Below, in pieces: positions 1 through 9,700 of a DNA stretch of 64,000 nt. Both the position numbers and the translations under genes were made by a program. This DNA comes from Nitrospira sp. CR1.2 (GTDB lineage: Bacteria; Nitrospirota; Nitrospiria; Nitrospirales; Nitrospiraceae). The first letter of the stretch is position 1. Each line of letters starts with the position of its first letter. Where the stretch lies: positions 706 through 64,705 of the forward strand of contig WIAG01000012.1 of the NCBI GenBank assembly GCA_014055495.1. The letters are read 5' to 3'. A model generated the notes under the pieces. That model saw nothing but the letters and a program-made list of their open reading frames with translations. It was not told where the DNA came from and ran no database searches.

Positions 1-772
1 GCGCCAACGCGGGATGGAGCCCCAGCCTATGATGACCAAGCTGCGCATCCGCCGCGCGCCCATCGTCTTCGGAATGCACCAGATACACTTTGAGGAAATC
101 CGGTCGACCGCTCACGATCACCGGCCACTTGGCCTCAACCTCGGCATCGGTATCGACCACGACGTAGGAGCGGTTTTCGAACCAGCCCCGTTCGATCGGC
201 CCGACGGCCGGCTCATACCGCCCGACCCGCAACACGTCTTCGTACAAGGCGACGGGATGCCCGCCGCGTCCGGTCAGCCCGGCATGCGCAAAGGTGACGT
301 CGATGCTCGTCGGCACGTTGACGGCGCGCCGGATCTGCAACGCGAAGTCCCGCACGTCGTTCGGATTCTTCACGTAGAACACGCCGTCCTGCAGATAGCG
401 CTGCGCGACTGCCTGCACATTCCACAACCCCTCGACGTTGTGGTTGTGCGCCTCTCCGAACGGCGGAACCATGTAGAGGCCGGAAAGATCCACGGTCTGA
501 ACCGGTCCAGGTGGCCGCTGTCTGGTCAGGCGTCCCTGAACCGAATACCAGGTATCGGGCTGAAACTGCTCCCCGTCGAACCATCGGCCGTTGACGAAGG
601 CATAGGGCTCCGCCGACGGCGCAGGCGCGATGCCTGCACTCCCGGCGCAACCGGTAGCCGTCAACGCAAGCAGCACCGGCGTGAGCAGACCGCGCAAGAC
701 CTTGCCGCAGCGCCGTGCGAACATCGCAATCCCGCTGCTGCCCAGTCCCGGCCCCGTTCGCCTGTTCGTCAT
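1..772 (-). CDS. amidohydrolase-family lipoprotein, N-terminal ~257 codons only (3' end lies beyond window start)
   Basis: Hand translation of the minus strand from ATG 772..770 stays open to nt 1. It is absent from the ORF track because there is no stop in the window. Sequence: MTNRRTGPGLGSSGIAMFARRCGKVLRGLLTPVLLALTATGCAGS (lipobox LTATGC) ... GLYMVPPFGEAHNHNVEG (H-x-H metal motif as in amidohydrolases) ... DFLKVYLVHSEDD. ATGA start/stop overlap with the upstream gene. Confidence 0.5.
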   Translation of the reverse strand, partial: MTNRRTGPGLGSSGIAMFARRCGKVLRGLLTPVLLALTATGCAGSAGIAPAPSAEPYAFVNGRWFDGEQFQPDTWYSVQGRLTRQRPPGPVQTVDLSGLYMVPPFGEAHNHNVEGLWNVQAVAQRYLQDGVFYVKNPNDVRDFALQIRRAVNVPTSIDVTFAHAGLTGRGGHPVALYEDVLRVGRYEPAVGPIERGWFENRSYVVVDTDAEVEAKWPVIVSGRPDFLKVYLVHSEDDGRAADAQLGHHRLGLHPALA

Positions 773-963
773 AGACTGAGATTCATTTCGTGCGTCTTGT
801 TCCTCTGGACCAGCCGATCCAGCGAGTCGCGAAACACCCGCAGGCTGCCTCGGCCGATCTTGGTGCCTTCCAACCGGCCGTCTTCCACCCACCGATAAAT
901 CGTCCACCGGCTCACCGCCAACACATCCGCCGCTTCCCCGACGCGCAAGAGTTGCTTGTTCAT
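769..963 (-). CDS. small helix-turn-helix DNA-binding protein (excisionase/MerR-like HTH family)
   Basis: MNKQLLRVGEAADVLAVSRWTIYRWVEDGRLEGTKIGRGSLRVF fits the excisionase-type HTH pattern. AAAGGAGA lies 5 nt upstream of ATG 963. The track ORF 769..1020 carries an unsupported N-extension. Confidence 0.7.
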   Translation of the reverse strand: MNKQLLRVGEAADVLAVSRWTIYRWVEDGRLEGTKIGRGSLRVFRDSLDRLVQRNKTHEMNLSL

Positions 964-1027
964 GGCAATCTCCTTTGAAGTACATACGCGGGCGGCACCG
1001 CCGTGCGATGCCGCCCGCATCCGATGG

Positions 1028-3361
1028 TTAGAACAGTCCCAACGTCACACCGGCATAAAACGACCGGCCGTAGCCGGCGAAGAACAAGGTTTTGTTCGCA
1101 TCCGCCGTACTGTCGGCCACCACGTTGCCGGAGGCTGCATATTTCTTGTCGGCGATGTTGTCGATCTCCGCAAAGAACTTCGCAAACCGGATCCACTTGT
1201 TGTTGTGAAACTCAAAGTTCTTATGGATATTCAGGTTGGCGATTACGAAGGACGGGATGCCCACCGTGTTGTTGTTGTTCAGGAAGTAACTGTTCATGTA
1301 GTTGACTTCGACCCAACCGCCCCACCCGCTGCCGGCATGGTCGTACGATTCCTTGAAGTTGAAGGTATCGGTCGGCACGTTTGGAACCACCTTCCCGTCC
1401 CGCACGAAGGCCGTCGGAATCCCACCGGCCAGGAACCGATCGCTGAAGTTGATGTAGCGCGCGTCGATGTGGGTATAGGCGCCGGAGAACCGTAACCCGT
1501 CCAAGGGCCGCCAGTCGTAGAAGAATTCAATGCCGCGATATTGCGACGAGTCGGCGTTGATCGCAGCCTGACCGCCGGTGTTGGAGACGACCTGGGTGAT
1601 GATCTCGTCTTTGACGAACGTGACAAACCCGACCAATTGCACGGTCAAGGTCTTGTGGAGGCGTGACTCCGTCCCGAGTTCGACGTTCAGGTTCTTCTGC
1701 GGTTTCAGATCGAAGTTGGTTCCCGCCAGACCCGTGAAGGGGTTGGTCAACAGATTGCCGAACCCCGGAATGGCATACCCCGTGGATGCGCGTACCCAAT
1801 GCCGATACCCATCGCCCGGCTTCCAGCTGACCGATACTTCCGGCGCCCAATTGCTGAAGCTGCGCTCGGCCCCGGCCCGACCGCTCACCGCCCCGGCGTT
1901 ATAGCTGATCGTCTGCACGCTCAACTGCGATTGTTCGAAACCTAGTCCAGCCGCCAGGGTCCACTTCGGAATGAATTCCAATTCCTCCCGGACCCGGCCG
2001 CCGATGTTGCGAATGGTGCCGCGGCTGTTCTGCGCCAACGTGCCGCGCGTCCCGAAGAAGTCCTGGAGGTTATTGAAGGTATTCCCTTCCTGCTCCATCT
2101 GATTCACGAAAAAGCCGACGTAGCTGCGCAAGGGCATGTCGAAGAGCCGCCCGTCGTGTCGCAGATCCGTGTAATGTTTGTAGTTCGGATTGATGTTGTC
2201 GCTGATCTGCGTGAAGGTCTGATTGATGTCCTTCACGTCGTAGTCGGCTTCCATGGTCAGGACGGTGTTGGCGTTGATCTGCCGCTCGTACATTCCGCCG
2301 ATGATATTGCGCCGATCCAACCGCCGTTGCCCCAACAGCACGGCATTCGTCGCGTTGCTGATGCCGCCGGCCTGCCGGTGATCGGTGTTGAACTGGTTGA
2401 TCGTCAACCTGGTCGGCACCCGCGAATCCAGCCAGTTCGTGATGGCCTTGAAGTACAAGTTCTGTTTGTCGTCCACCTTCACGCGAAAATTGAAATTCAT
2501 CGTTTGCGTACTGTAATCGCTGTGGCGAATGAAACCGTCCTCCGACACGTGGCTGCCGAACAGCGAGATATCCACATTGTCGAACTGCTGGCCGACGGCA
2601 AACGCATACTTCTGATACCCGTACGAACCGCCGGTGATGAAACTTTCCATCCCATTGATGTCGCTGCCGCGCCTGGTGCGGAAGTGCACCATCCCGCCGA
2701 GTGCGTAATTGTCATAGAGCGACGACGAGGCGCCGCGCGTGACTTCCACGCTCCGCATGAACCAGGGATCGTGGATATCCAGGCGGGATAATCCGTCCGA
2801 CTGCGTCTGGATAAATCCGTCCTCGTACATCTTGATTTCACGCACCGCAAAGGAGGTTTTCACGCCGGAGCCGCGGATCGAAATACTGAAATCGCGCGGG
2901 CCGTTGGCCTGTCGCAACACCACCCCGGGGAGGGACTCCATGGATTCACGAAGCGTCCTCGTCGGCTGCGATTCGGTTTCCGATTGTTCGGTCGCTGAGA
3001 GTGAGAGGCCCTCAGGTCGTCGCTGCACACGGGTGCTTACGATGCTCACATCGGACAGTTCGTACTGTGGGATTGGCTCTGCCGCGGCAGCCGCCTCCGA
3101 CGATTCTCCCACCGTCGCCGGCTGAACCGGCTGTACCGGGGTGACTGCCGCGCCGCCCGGCGGTTGCTGCTGGAGTTCCTCTAACTCCCGCAGAATGTTC
3201 TGCAGTTGATCTTTGAGGTCCCGTTCCCGCGCACTGTTGTCGACACCGGCTCCTGCGCCCGATTCCTGCGCCAAGGAAACGGCGGGAGCTAGACCGATGG
3301 CCGAACACAGCACACAACCTGCGAAGACATAATGCCTGAATGATTGAATAGTGGCCCACAT
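1028..3361 (-). CDS. TonB-dependent outer-membrane receptor
   Basis: Signal peptide MWATIQSFRHYVFAGCVLCSAIGLAPAVSLAQE, TonB-box-like LSDVSIVST, plug-like PGVVLRQANGPRDFSISIRGSG, a long barrel region and a terminal ...YAGVTLGLF. GGGAGG lies 6 nt before ATG 3361; the track start 3388 is a GTG extension. Confidence 0.9.
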   Translation of the reverse strand: MWATIQSFRHYVFAGCVLCSAIGLAPAVSLAQESGAGAGVDNSARERDLKDQLQNILRELEELQQQPPGGAAVTPVQPVQPATVGESSEAAAAAEPIPQYELSDVSIVSTRVQRRPEGLSLSATEQSETESQPTRTLRESMESLPGVVLRQANGPRDFSISIRGSGVKTSFAVREIKMYEDGFIQTQSDGLSRLDIHDPWFMRSVEVTRGASSSLYDNYALGGMVHFRTRRGSDINGMESFITGGSYGYQKYAFAVGQQFDNVDISLFGSHVSEDGFIRHSDYSTQTMNFNFRVKVDDKQNLYFKAITNWLDSRVPTRLTINQFNTDHRQAGGISNATNAVLLGQRRLDRRNIIGGMYERQINANTVLTMEADYDVKDINQTFTQISDNINPNYKHYTDLRHDGRLFDMPLRSYVGFFVNQMEQEGNTFNNLQDFFGTRGTLAQNSRGTIRNIGGRVREELEFIPKWTLAAGLGFEQSQLSVQTISYNAGAVSGRAGAERSFSNWAPEVSVSWKPGDGYRHWVRASTGYAIPGFGNLLTNPFTGLAGTNFDLKPQKNLNVELGTESRLHKTLTVQLVGFVTFVKDEIITQVVSNTGGQAAINADSSQYRGIEFFYDWRPLDGLRFSGAYTHIDARYINFSDRFLAGGIPTAFVRDGKVVPNVPTDTFNFKESYDHAGSGWGGWVEVNYMNSYFLNNNNTVGIPSFVIANLNIHKNFEFHNNKWIRFAKFFAEIDNIADKKYAASGNVVADSTADANKTLFFAGYGRSFYAGVTLGLF

Positions 3362-3470
3362 ACACATCCTCCCGGCACAACGGTGCACACGACAGAAGAG
3401 ACCATCCCCTCCCGCCCCTGTCTGAACGGACGAGAAGAGAAGCTAGCCGACCTAGCGATATGAAAGGGAA

Positions 3471-3794
3471 TTACGACTGAACAGAGGGTGGTGCGCGAGA
3501 GGCGACGGGAAAGCCGCCGCCGCCCGCGACGATGGAATGGCTGTCCTCGACAAGAGGCGTCGCCACGAGAACCGGCTGCAGAAGCAGAGCCACAGGGCCC
3601 GCATCGGATGTCGGATTGGCCTGACAGGCCCAGGCACAGAAACCGGAGTGCGACACTGTTCCACCGTGATGGTGGGCGGCCGGTTTCGGATCGGCATGGT
3701 CCACCACGCAGGCCACGGAAAACAGCGCCAGGACCAGGTATAGTCCTGCCAACGCAGCCGCGCATCGTGTAAACGCTGGTTTTCTCCGCATCAT
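3471..3794 (-). CDS. small exported/membrane-anchored His-rich CxWxC protein, paralog 1 of 3
   Basis: 107 aa. MMRRK plus a hydrophobic helix, then AAHHHGGTVSHSGFCAWACQ and C-terminal SRAPP. Its ATG overlaps the stop of the upstream tlpA-like gene (ATGA at 3791-3794). Paralogous to 6853..7164 and 9701..10006. Confidence 0.6.
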   Translation of the reverse strand: MMRRKPAFTRCAAALAGLYLVLALFSVACVVDHADPKPAAHHHGGTVSHSGFCAWACQANPTSDAGPVALLLQPVLVATPLVEDSHSIVAGGGGFPVASRAPPSVQS

Positions 3795-4330
3795 GGCATC
3801 AAACTTTGCACGGCACGAACCGCATCGGGCGCATCCCAGTCGCGCGGCCCGACGGCCCGCCCGATCAGGGTGCCTTGGGGATCGATAAAGACGGTCGTCG
3901 GGAGCGCCCGCACCAGATAGGCATGGGACACGTCGTGATCTTCGTCAAACAATACCGGCAACTGCACTTTCACATTCGCGAGAAACTGTGCGATCCCTTG
4001 CCGCTGTAAATCGGTCGTGATCGTCAGCAGGGCGAACCGATCGGGATCCAACTGCTGACGCAAGCGCCCGAGCGCCGGCATCTCTTCTTTGCAGGGTCCG
4101 CACCAGGTGGCCCAGAAATTGACCACGACGACCTTCCCCTTCAAGTCAGCCAGCTGCACTCGCGATCCATCCAAGGCGGTCAGCGCGAACGGCGCAGCCA
4201 CAGTGCCGGTCCCAACTCGTCCGATTTTGAGTACTGCCAGGGGATCCTCCGCCGACGCAGAGCCGACCAAGCCGGCCGCAAGCCAGAAGGCAAGGAACAG
4301 CACCAGCCTGCGCATCCTGTTTTCCCTCAT
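3791..4330 (-). CDS. TlpA/ResA-like periplasmic thiol:disulfide oxidoreductase (copy 1)
   Basis: Signal peptide MRRLVLFLAFWLAAGLVGSASA. Thioredoxin-fold active site VVNFWATWCGPC and a conserved cis-Pro region LPTTVFID. Confidence 0.85.
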   Translation of the reverse strand: MRENRMRRLVLFLAFWLAAGLVGSASAEDPLAVLKIGRVGTGTVAAPFALTALDGSRVQLADLKGKVVVVNFWATWCGPCKEEMPALGRLRQQLDPDRFALLTITTDLQRQGIAQFLANVKVQLPVLFDEDHDVSHAYLVRALPTTVFIDPQGTLIGRAVGPRDWDAPDAVRAVQSLMP

Positions 4331-4349
4331 CGTGACGACTCACACAGGC

Positions 4350-5654
4350 TTATTGCACCGCCTGGGCCGCCACGGGGGCGGGTGACAGCCGCAACGTCTG
4401 CGTCACAATTTTATGACCGGGCATGGCATGTTCCATCCAAGCCAGGGCAAAGATGCCCTGCCGATTCACCGCCACGACCGGCGTCTGACTTTTTCGCTCG
4501 TTCAATTTGTGCGGAGTCGTAAAATCGGCCCCCCGGTCGGTCGAGACACTCATCACCACATCGCGTTTCACCGGCCCCTGCTCCTCCCAGATCACGACCA
4601 GCCGTCCCTCGGGGTCGACGGCAATCTGCGGATGGTCGGGGAAGGTATTCCTGGAGACGTTCAATTGCCGCTTCGGCGAGAACGTGCGCCCCCGATCGTC
4701 CGAGTAGGCCATATAGACGGCGGGGATTTCATCGGTGCCTTCCGTGTACCACACGACGTACAACCGTCCCTGCCGGTCCACGCCCATGGAAGCGGGACGG
4801 TGGGGGCAGGCCGGAAACACCCACTTGTCATGACCGACAATCACGGGCGGCTCGAACGTCTCACCGTAGTCCGTTGAACGCGCCACGACGGTTTCCCGCA
4901 CATTGCCCTCGAAAATTTTTCGCCAGGCCACGTAGACCATGCCGTCGGGGCCACTCGTCACTGCCGTACGGCAGCAGACACAGGTCCCCTCGTCCACCTT
5001 GAGGTTCCTGGTGATGGTCACACCCCGATCCAACGACCGCGCGACATAGGTGCCCGGCTCTTTTTTACCTTCACGCCCATCGATCCAGGAGAGGTGCAGG
5101 CGGCCATCCGCGTCACGATGGAGCGCATCGAAGGTATGTTGGATGACACCAGGATCGTCGTTGACCACGATCGAGGGCTGGAAAGTCCGCCCTCTGTCCG
5201 TGGAACGGCTGAGGCGCAACTCGGTCGCAAACGGTTGTTGCGGGGTGGCTTTCGGATGGGCCAATCCCCAGGTGACGAACACGTCGTCCCCCTGCACGAC
5301 CAGGGCTGGGGCTTCTTGTCGCCAATAGGGCACGTCTTCGGGACGATTGATGCGCACCGGCGCGCCCATCGGCCCGCCCGGTTCCGTGCTGCGGGCGTAC
5401 AGAACAGACCGGACCTCCTTATCTTCTTCCATCCAGGCCAGCGACAAGGCCCCGGCATCATCGATCTGTACCGACGGTCCCACCAAACTTTTTACTTTGT
5501 GCTCGGTGATCACCTTGGGACCAAGCTCCCCGGGCAGCGCCGTTTCCGCGAAGGCCGGCTGTATCATCGGCAACAACCCCAGCACGAGTCCGGCGCACAA
5601 GGCCCGTCGACCTGGTCTCGACATCGGCACCATCCGTCGCCTGCTCTGGATCAT
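4350..5654 (-). CDS. secreted BNR/Asp-box repeat beta-propeller protein (sialidase-like fold)
   Basis: Signal peptide followed by five S-x-D-x-G-x-T-F-type Asp boxes (SRSTDRGRTF, SLDRGVT, STDYGETF, SDDRGRTF, STDRGADF). Also CVCC and ACPH motifs. The start could be M11 (5624). Confidence 0.75.
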   Translation of the reverse strand: MIQSRRRMVPMSRPGRRALCAGLVLGLLPMIQPAFAETALPGELGPKVITEHKVKSLVGPSVQIDDAGALSLAWMEEDKEVRSVLYARSTEPGGPMGAPVRINRPEDVPYWRQEAPALVVQGDDVFVTWGLAHPKATPQQPFATELRLSRSTDRGRTFQPSIVVNDDPGVIQHTFDALHRDADGRLHLSWIDGREGKKEPGTYVARSLDRGVTITRNLKVDEGTCVCCRTAVTSGPDGMVYVAWRKIFEGNVRETVVARSTDYGETFEPPVIVGHDKWVFPACPHRPASMGVDRQGRLYVVWYTEGTDEIPAVYMAYSDDRGRTFSPKRQLNVSRNTFPDHPQIAVDPEGRLVVIWEEQGPVKRDVVMSVSTDRGADFTTPHKLNERKSQTPVVAVNRQGIFALAWMEHAMPGHKIVTQTLRLSPAPVAAQAVQ

Positions 5655-5704
5655 GACTTCCCCCGTTGGAACATAAGCAGGAACCGCGCAACCAGCCGGG
5701 CCCC

Positions 5705-6742
5705 TCAGGCCCCCGGTGTGAACAATTGAAAATACTTGGTCACGCCGAACGTGTAACTGGTCGCCTGCGCAAGATTGTTATTGGCGTCCCGATAGAGGGG
5801 CACCTGGGCATAAAAGTACGCCTGCCACGTATCTCCGATATTGAACAGCACCCCGGGCGCGGCGCCGAACCAGGACGAACCGGTATTGGGAATCCCATGG
5901 TCCAGGATCGGTCCTGAACCGATGCTCCCGCTCAAACTATCATGCGTCATGTACCGATAATTCACCTGTGCCGTGAACACCAGCCACGGCAACGTCACCA
6001 GATTGAACCCGCCGTTGACAATGTATTCGTCGCCGAATTGATAGCCATCGTTGTTCTTGAAGGTATGCCGATAGCTGGCGAATACGAATTGATTCAAGCG
6101 GTGAGGGAGAATTTCATAGGACTGATACATCGTGCCCACCAAGCCGAATTGACCACGTCCCAGTTGACCGGCCGGTTCCAACACTCCGCCCAGGTTGTCC
6201 GTCTGCCGGTAATCACCGGTCGGCAGCTCCGTGCCGACCCCGAAGACCAGCATGTTCTTCAGCGAGGCCAGGACATTGTATTTCGCCATGACCCGGATAT
6301 CGCCGATCCCCTTGTCGGAAAAGCGGCTGAGGTCCTCGTTCTGTCCTTGGTGGAAATGATAATGCTCATGCCGGCGCGTCATGTAGGGCAAGGTCACCTG
6401 CAATCCGAACCGATCCGTTACGCCGTAGTTGAAATCGAGAGCAAAAGAATTCGTATACGTCGAACGCTCATTGTGGTGATTGGGGATGATGCGCCGCCCG
6501 ATCTGGTCGGCCTCGGCGATGAGGCCGGTCGACCCGCTGGGCAAATTCATGGGCGTATAACTATAGATAAAGTTCATGGTCAGCAGACCGGCTTGCGGCA
6601 CCTGCTGCTGAGACCCGATCGTCACAAAACAACTGACGGCACCGCAGGCAGCCTCGGCCGTAGGCAGAAGCGCCACAGTCCCGGCAGCCACCGTCACGAT
6701 TCCAAGCACAGACACCCACAGTCTTCTACTGAGAGCCCACAT
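5705..6742 (-). CDS. outer-membrane beta-barrel protein (MetA-pathway/transporter-like OMP family) with His-rich loop
   Basis: Signal peptide MWALSRRLWVSVLGIVTVAAGTVALLPTAEA. Alternating barrel-like sequence with GIGDIRV...GTELPTGDY typical of this OMP family, and a RRHEHYHFHQ loop. The track start 6751 is TTG; ATG 6742 follows GAAAGGA. Confidence 0.6.
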   Translation of the reverse strand: MWALSRRLWVSVLGIVTVAAGTVALLPTAEAACGAVSCFVTIGSQQQVPQAGLLTMNFIYSYTPMNLPSGSTGLIAEADQIGRRIIPNHHNERSTYTNSFALDFNYGVTDRFGLQVTLPYMTRRHEHYHFHQGQNEDLSRFSDKGIGDIRVMAKYNVLASLKNMLVFGVGTELPTGDYRQTDNLGGVLEPAGQLGRGQFGLVGTMYQSYEILPHRLNQFVFASYRHTFKNNDGYQFGDEYIVNGGFNLVTLPWLVFTAQVNYRYMTHDSLSGSIGSGPILDHGIPNTGSSWFGAAPGVLFNIGDTWQAYFYAQVPLYRDANNNLAQATSYTFGVTKYFQLFTPGA

Positions 6743-6852
6743 CACGCACAATCCTTTCTCCCATCACAGTTGACGGGACGGGTCGCGCCCGAAGAAACCT
6801 CCGGCGGAGACACCACAGTTGATGAATGACCACGATGAGCGAGGGAACCGAG

Positions 6853-7164
6853 TCAGGACCGGGAGGAGTCGGGAGGGCCCCGTGATGTCCACAGGGCACG
6901 GGATTCGACCGACAAGGAATCGAACAGGATGTCATCGATCTGGGTCACGACGGGAATCGTCACGGGGACCGACTCAGGCACCGGCTCGAGATCTTGACCG
7001 GCCGCACACATCCAAGAACAGACCACGGTCCCGTGCACACCGGCGTCGTGGTGCGCATGTTGCGACAGGTGCTCCAGCATGTACGGATACACAACCCCTT
7101 GAAGTGCCAGATAGGCGCAGGACAGCAGGAGCGGCATCACGGTATGTCGTACACGGATCATCAT
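6853..7164 (-). CDS. small exported/membrane-anchored His-rich CxWxC protein, paralog 2 of 3
   Basis: 103 aa. MMIRVRH plus a hydrophobic helix, then QHAHHDAGVHGTVVCSWMCA and C-terminal SRGPP. It starts 4 nt after the stop of tlpA-like copy 2. Confidence 0.6.
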   Translation of the reverse strand: MMIRVRHTVMPLLLSCAYLALQGVVYPYMLEHLSQHAHHDAGVHGTVVCSWMCAAGQDLEPVPESVPVTIPVVTQIDDILFDSLSVESRALWTSRGPPDSSRS

Positions 7165-7168
7165 ACGA

Positions 7169-7711
7169 TTAGTGCAAAGAAGCCGCCTTCACGGGCGCGG
7201 CTTGCTGAATCCGACGGACGATCTCCTGGATTTTGTGCTCCGTCAGCAACCCGCCTTTGATGTACTCCTGCACCACCCCCTGCTGGTCGATAAACACACT
7301 GACCGGCAGGCCGAACACCCCATATTGGTTCGCCACCTGATTTTCGCGATCCAACAGCACCGGGAAGGTGTGTTGGTACTGTTGAATGTGCTCGCGCACC
7401 TTGGCCTCCTCTTCCAACTCATTCACGGCCAGCACCACAAAGTCCTTATCGCGCAGCCGGTCGTAGACCGCCTGCATCGCGGGCATTTCTGAGGTGCAGG
7501 GCTTGCACCAGGTCGCCCAAAAATTCACCAGGACGATTTTCCCACGATAGTGCTCCAGGCTGTGCGCCTGGCCCTGGAGATCCTTCAGCGAAAACTCCGT
7601 GGCTGGCATTCCGGCAGCGGGAGGCCGGGAGCCCATCGCCAGGGCCGAGCCAACCAACGTCGACAGGAACAGGGTCGCCACCATCAGGTTCCGCGTCAGA
7701 CCTGCTGTCAT
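7169..7711 (-). CDS. TlpA/ResA-like periplasmic thiol:disulfide oxidoreductase (copy 2)
   Basis: Active site LVNFWATWCKPC and cis-Pro region LPVSVFID. Signal peptide MTAGLTRNLMVATLFLSTLVGSALA. GGAGA lies 9 nt upstream of ATG 7711; the track start 7756 is an extension. Confidence 0.85.
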   Translation of the reverse strand: MTAGLTRNLMVATLFLSTLVGSALAMGSRPPAAGMPATEFSLKDLQGQAHSLEHYRGKIVLVNFWATWCKPCTSEMPAMQAVYDRLRDKDFVVLAVNELEEEAKVREHIQQYQHTFPVLLDRENQVANQYGVFGLPVSVFIDQQGVVQEYIKGGLLTEHKIQEIVRRIQQAAPVKAASLH

Positions 7712-7772
7712 CTTCGTCGATCTCCTACAGACTCGTGACGGCGGCTCGCTTACCAAGTGCTCCTCGCTCGCC

Positions 7773-8972
7773 TTACCGGTTCAGGCTGTAGCTGACCGGC
7801 AGATGCAGGACAACCATCGGGGCCGTCAACTCATGTTTCATATGCAGAGGACAGGCCCGCCGGACCGCTTCCATCGCCGCTTGATCCAAGGACTCATGTC
7901 CGGAACTCTTCACGACCTCCACGTCCTTCAGTTGGCCGTCGTTGCGGATGGAGACCTTGAGCACCACCTTGCCTTCCCAACCGTTCAGGCGCGCCGTGCT
8001 GGGGTAATGTCTCAACTCGATGATGCGGCGATGCAGCGACTCGGCTAACCATCCGTAATCGGCCTTCGCAGTCGGTCTGGCGACGGCGGCCTGAGCCACC
8101 ACCTGATGTTCCCGCAAAGTGGCCGGATCCGGCTCGGACACCGCCGCCATCGGCGCAGGCGGCTCCACCACGGCCTCGACCGGCGCCTGAGGCGCAGAAA
8201 CGGGCTCACTCACGGCAGCAACCACCGGTTCGGCCGCAGGCGCGGAGGGTGCCGGGGTCGGGGGGTGCTCCACCGCTGCGACAGCCGGAGCGCTATGCAC
8301 CACTGGTGCGCTGGCCGTCACCACTGGTTCCTGAACCGTTTCCACCACCGCCGGCGCATTGACGACCGACTGGGCTTGATAGGTCTGGGCCGTGACAGGA
8401 GCCGCTTCCGTCACCTGCTGTTCAACCACTGGAGCCACCTCCCGCTGCACTTCGGCAGGGGCGGAGGCCTGCACCACCGGCTCCGTCTGGTGAATGTGTT
8501 GCGGTTCGACGGGCTTCGCTTGCATCTGGACGATTTCCTGCTTCGGGTGGATCTGCTCCTGCGGGCGAACCGTTTCGACGACCGGCTGCGGTTCCCGCTG
8601 CACCGCCTGCACCACCCGCTCGACAGGCTGTACGACACGCTGAACCGGCTGCGGCTCGACCCTGGTCTCCACCTGGCGCTGGACCGGCTCAGGCGGGGGT
8701 TGGACGGTGCGCACCGGCTCGGGGCGCGGATTCACCGGGGTCGGGGCAGGGGGCTGGACAGCCGTGGCCGGCTGCTCTTGACGAACGACTTCACGCGGCG
8801 GCTCGACCAGGGCGACATCCCACTTGAAGGGTTCCTTTTCCACCATCACGGACATCTTCGGCAACAACCCGAAGGCCACGAGTGCCAGGCAGGCGTGCAA
8901 CACCAGCGAGGCCCCCCAGCCGGTCACCGCCTGCCTCGAATCCCCCGATTGCGCCACGAACACGTTCTCCAT
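7773..8972 (-). CDS. tonB: energy transducer TonB
   Basis: N-terminal anchor GWGASLVLHACLALVAFGLL, a very long P/V/Q/E-rich linker, and the C-terminal TonB domain YPSTARLNGWEGKVVLKVSIRNDGQLKDVEVVKSSGHESLDQAAMEAVRR. Confidence 0.85.
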   Translation of the reverse strand: MENVFVAQSGDSRQAVTGWGASLVLHACLALVAFGLLPKMSVMVEKEPFKWDVALVEPPREVVRQEQPATAVQPPAPTPVNPRPEPVRTVQPPPEPVQRQVETRVEPQPVQRVVQPVERVVQAVQREPQPVVETVRPQEQIHPKQEIVQMQAKPVEPQHIHQTEPVVQASAPAEVQREVAPVVEQQVTEAAPVTAQTYQAQSVVNAPAVVETVQEPVVTASAPVVHSAPAVAAVEHPPTPAPSAPAAEPVVAAVSEPVSAPQAPVEAVVEPPAPMAAVSEPDPATLREHQVVAQAAVARPTAKADYGWLAESLHRRIIELRHYPSTARLNGWEGKVVLKVSIRNDGQLKDVEVVKSSGHESLDQAAMEAVRRACPLHMKHELTAPMVVLHLPVSYSLNR

Positions 8973-9007
8973 GAGGATGGCCCCTTTCGACGCGATGCGC
9001 CCCGCCG

Positions 9008-9469
9008 CTACTTGAACACCACTTTCGAGACCGACCCGATCGGGACTTCAACCTGACCGAAATCGGATTCACCCTTGAAGCTGCCGCTCACCGCCGGGAT
9101 AAAATCTCCGTTCTTGCCGTTGGTCAGGGTCACGGTCATGGCCGGAGCACTCTTGTCGGCGCCGGGCTTGACCTCGATCTGCTTGATCTGGTCGAACTTG
9201 ATATTGACCGTCGCCGTGCCACGCTTCGCCGGCAGATGCCGTAACTCATGCGGGACAAAGGAGGTCTCGCTCATTTTCTCTTCCCAATAAAAAATGCCGT
9301 TCTTCAGCTCGGTCTCGACGCCCTGCTGATCGGTCACCGCCATCGTGAACGTCTTCTCAGCCTTCGCGTCGGCCGAAAAGGCAACCGGCGCCGAGGCCAA
9401 GACCGCCGCCCCCGCGAGCGCGCACACGGCCATCCGCACCATCCACTGATTGATCTGGTTCTTCATCAT
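9008..9469 (-). CDS. secreted hypothetical protein (beta-rich, ~153 aa)
   Basis: MMKNQINQWMVRMAVCALAGAAVLASAPVAFSA signal peptide. GAAGGA RBS upstream of ATG 9469; the track ORF start 9619 is an extension. Confidence 0.55.
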   Translation of the reverse strand: MMKNQINQWMVRMAVCALAGAAVLASAPVAFSADAKAEKTFTMAVTDQQGVETELKNGIFYWEEKMSETSFVPHELRHLPAKRGTATVNIKFDQIKQIEVKPGADKSAPAMTVTLTNGKNGDFIPAVSGSFKGESDFGQVEVPIGSVSKVVFK

Positions 9470-9700
9470 TCCTTCACTCCCTCGAACAAGACATGCCACG
9501 ACATCATCGCGATACCTACACAGATACTGCCCCCCAGTGCCGCGAACAGGAAGACCCCTGCCCGGCACATCTCGCCTCCGGATTGACGACGGTATGAAGA
9601 AGCACTGCACCCACAGCATGCGAGACTCCTCGCCTGACTGCTCACTCAGACTCGGCGACGATCAGCCGCGGAGCCGGAATCGGGACAACGGGAACGAAGA

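Noticed and set aside
769-963. Excisionase-like HTH gene as a marker of a prophage or integrative element.
   Set aside because: There is no integrase, recombinase, phage or conjugation gene, tRNA attachment site or flanking direct repeat in the window. The gene is translationally coupled (ATGA) inside the uptake operon, so it is more likely a small regulator.
8100-8760. Periodic P/V/Q/E-rich segment (e.g. PQPVQRVVQPVERVVQAVQREPQPVVETV) that looks like a tandem repeat.
   Set aside because: It is the in-frame proline-rich periplasm-spanning linker typical of TonB proteins. It is not an independent repeat element or a CRISPR-like array.
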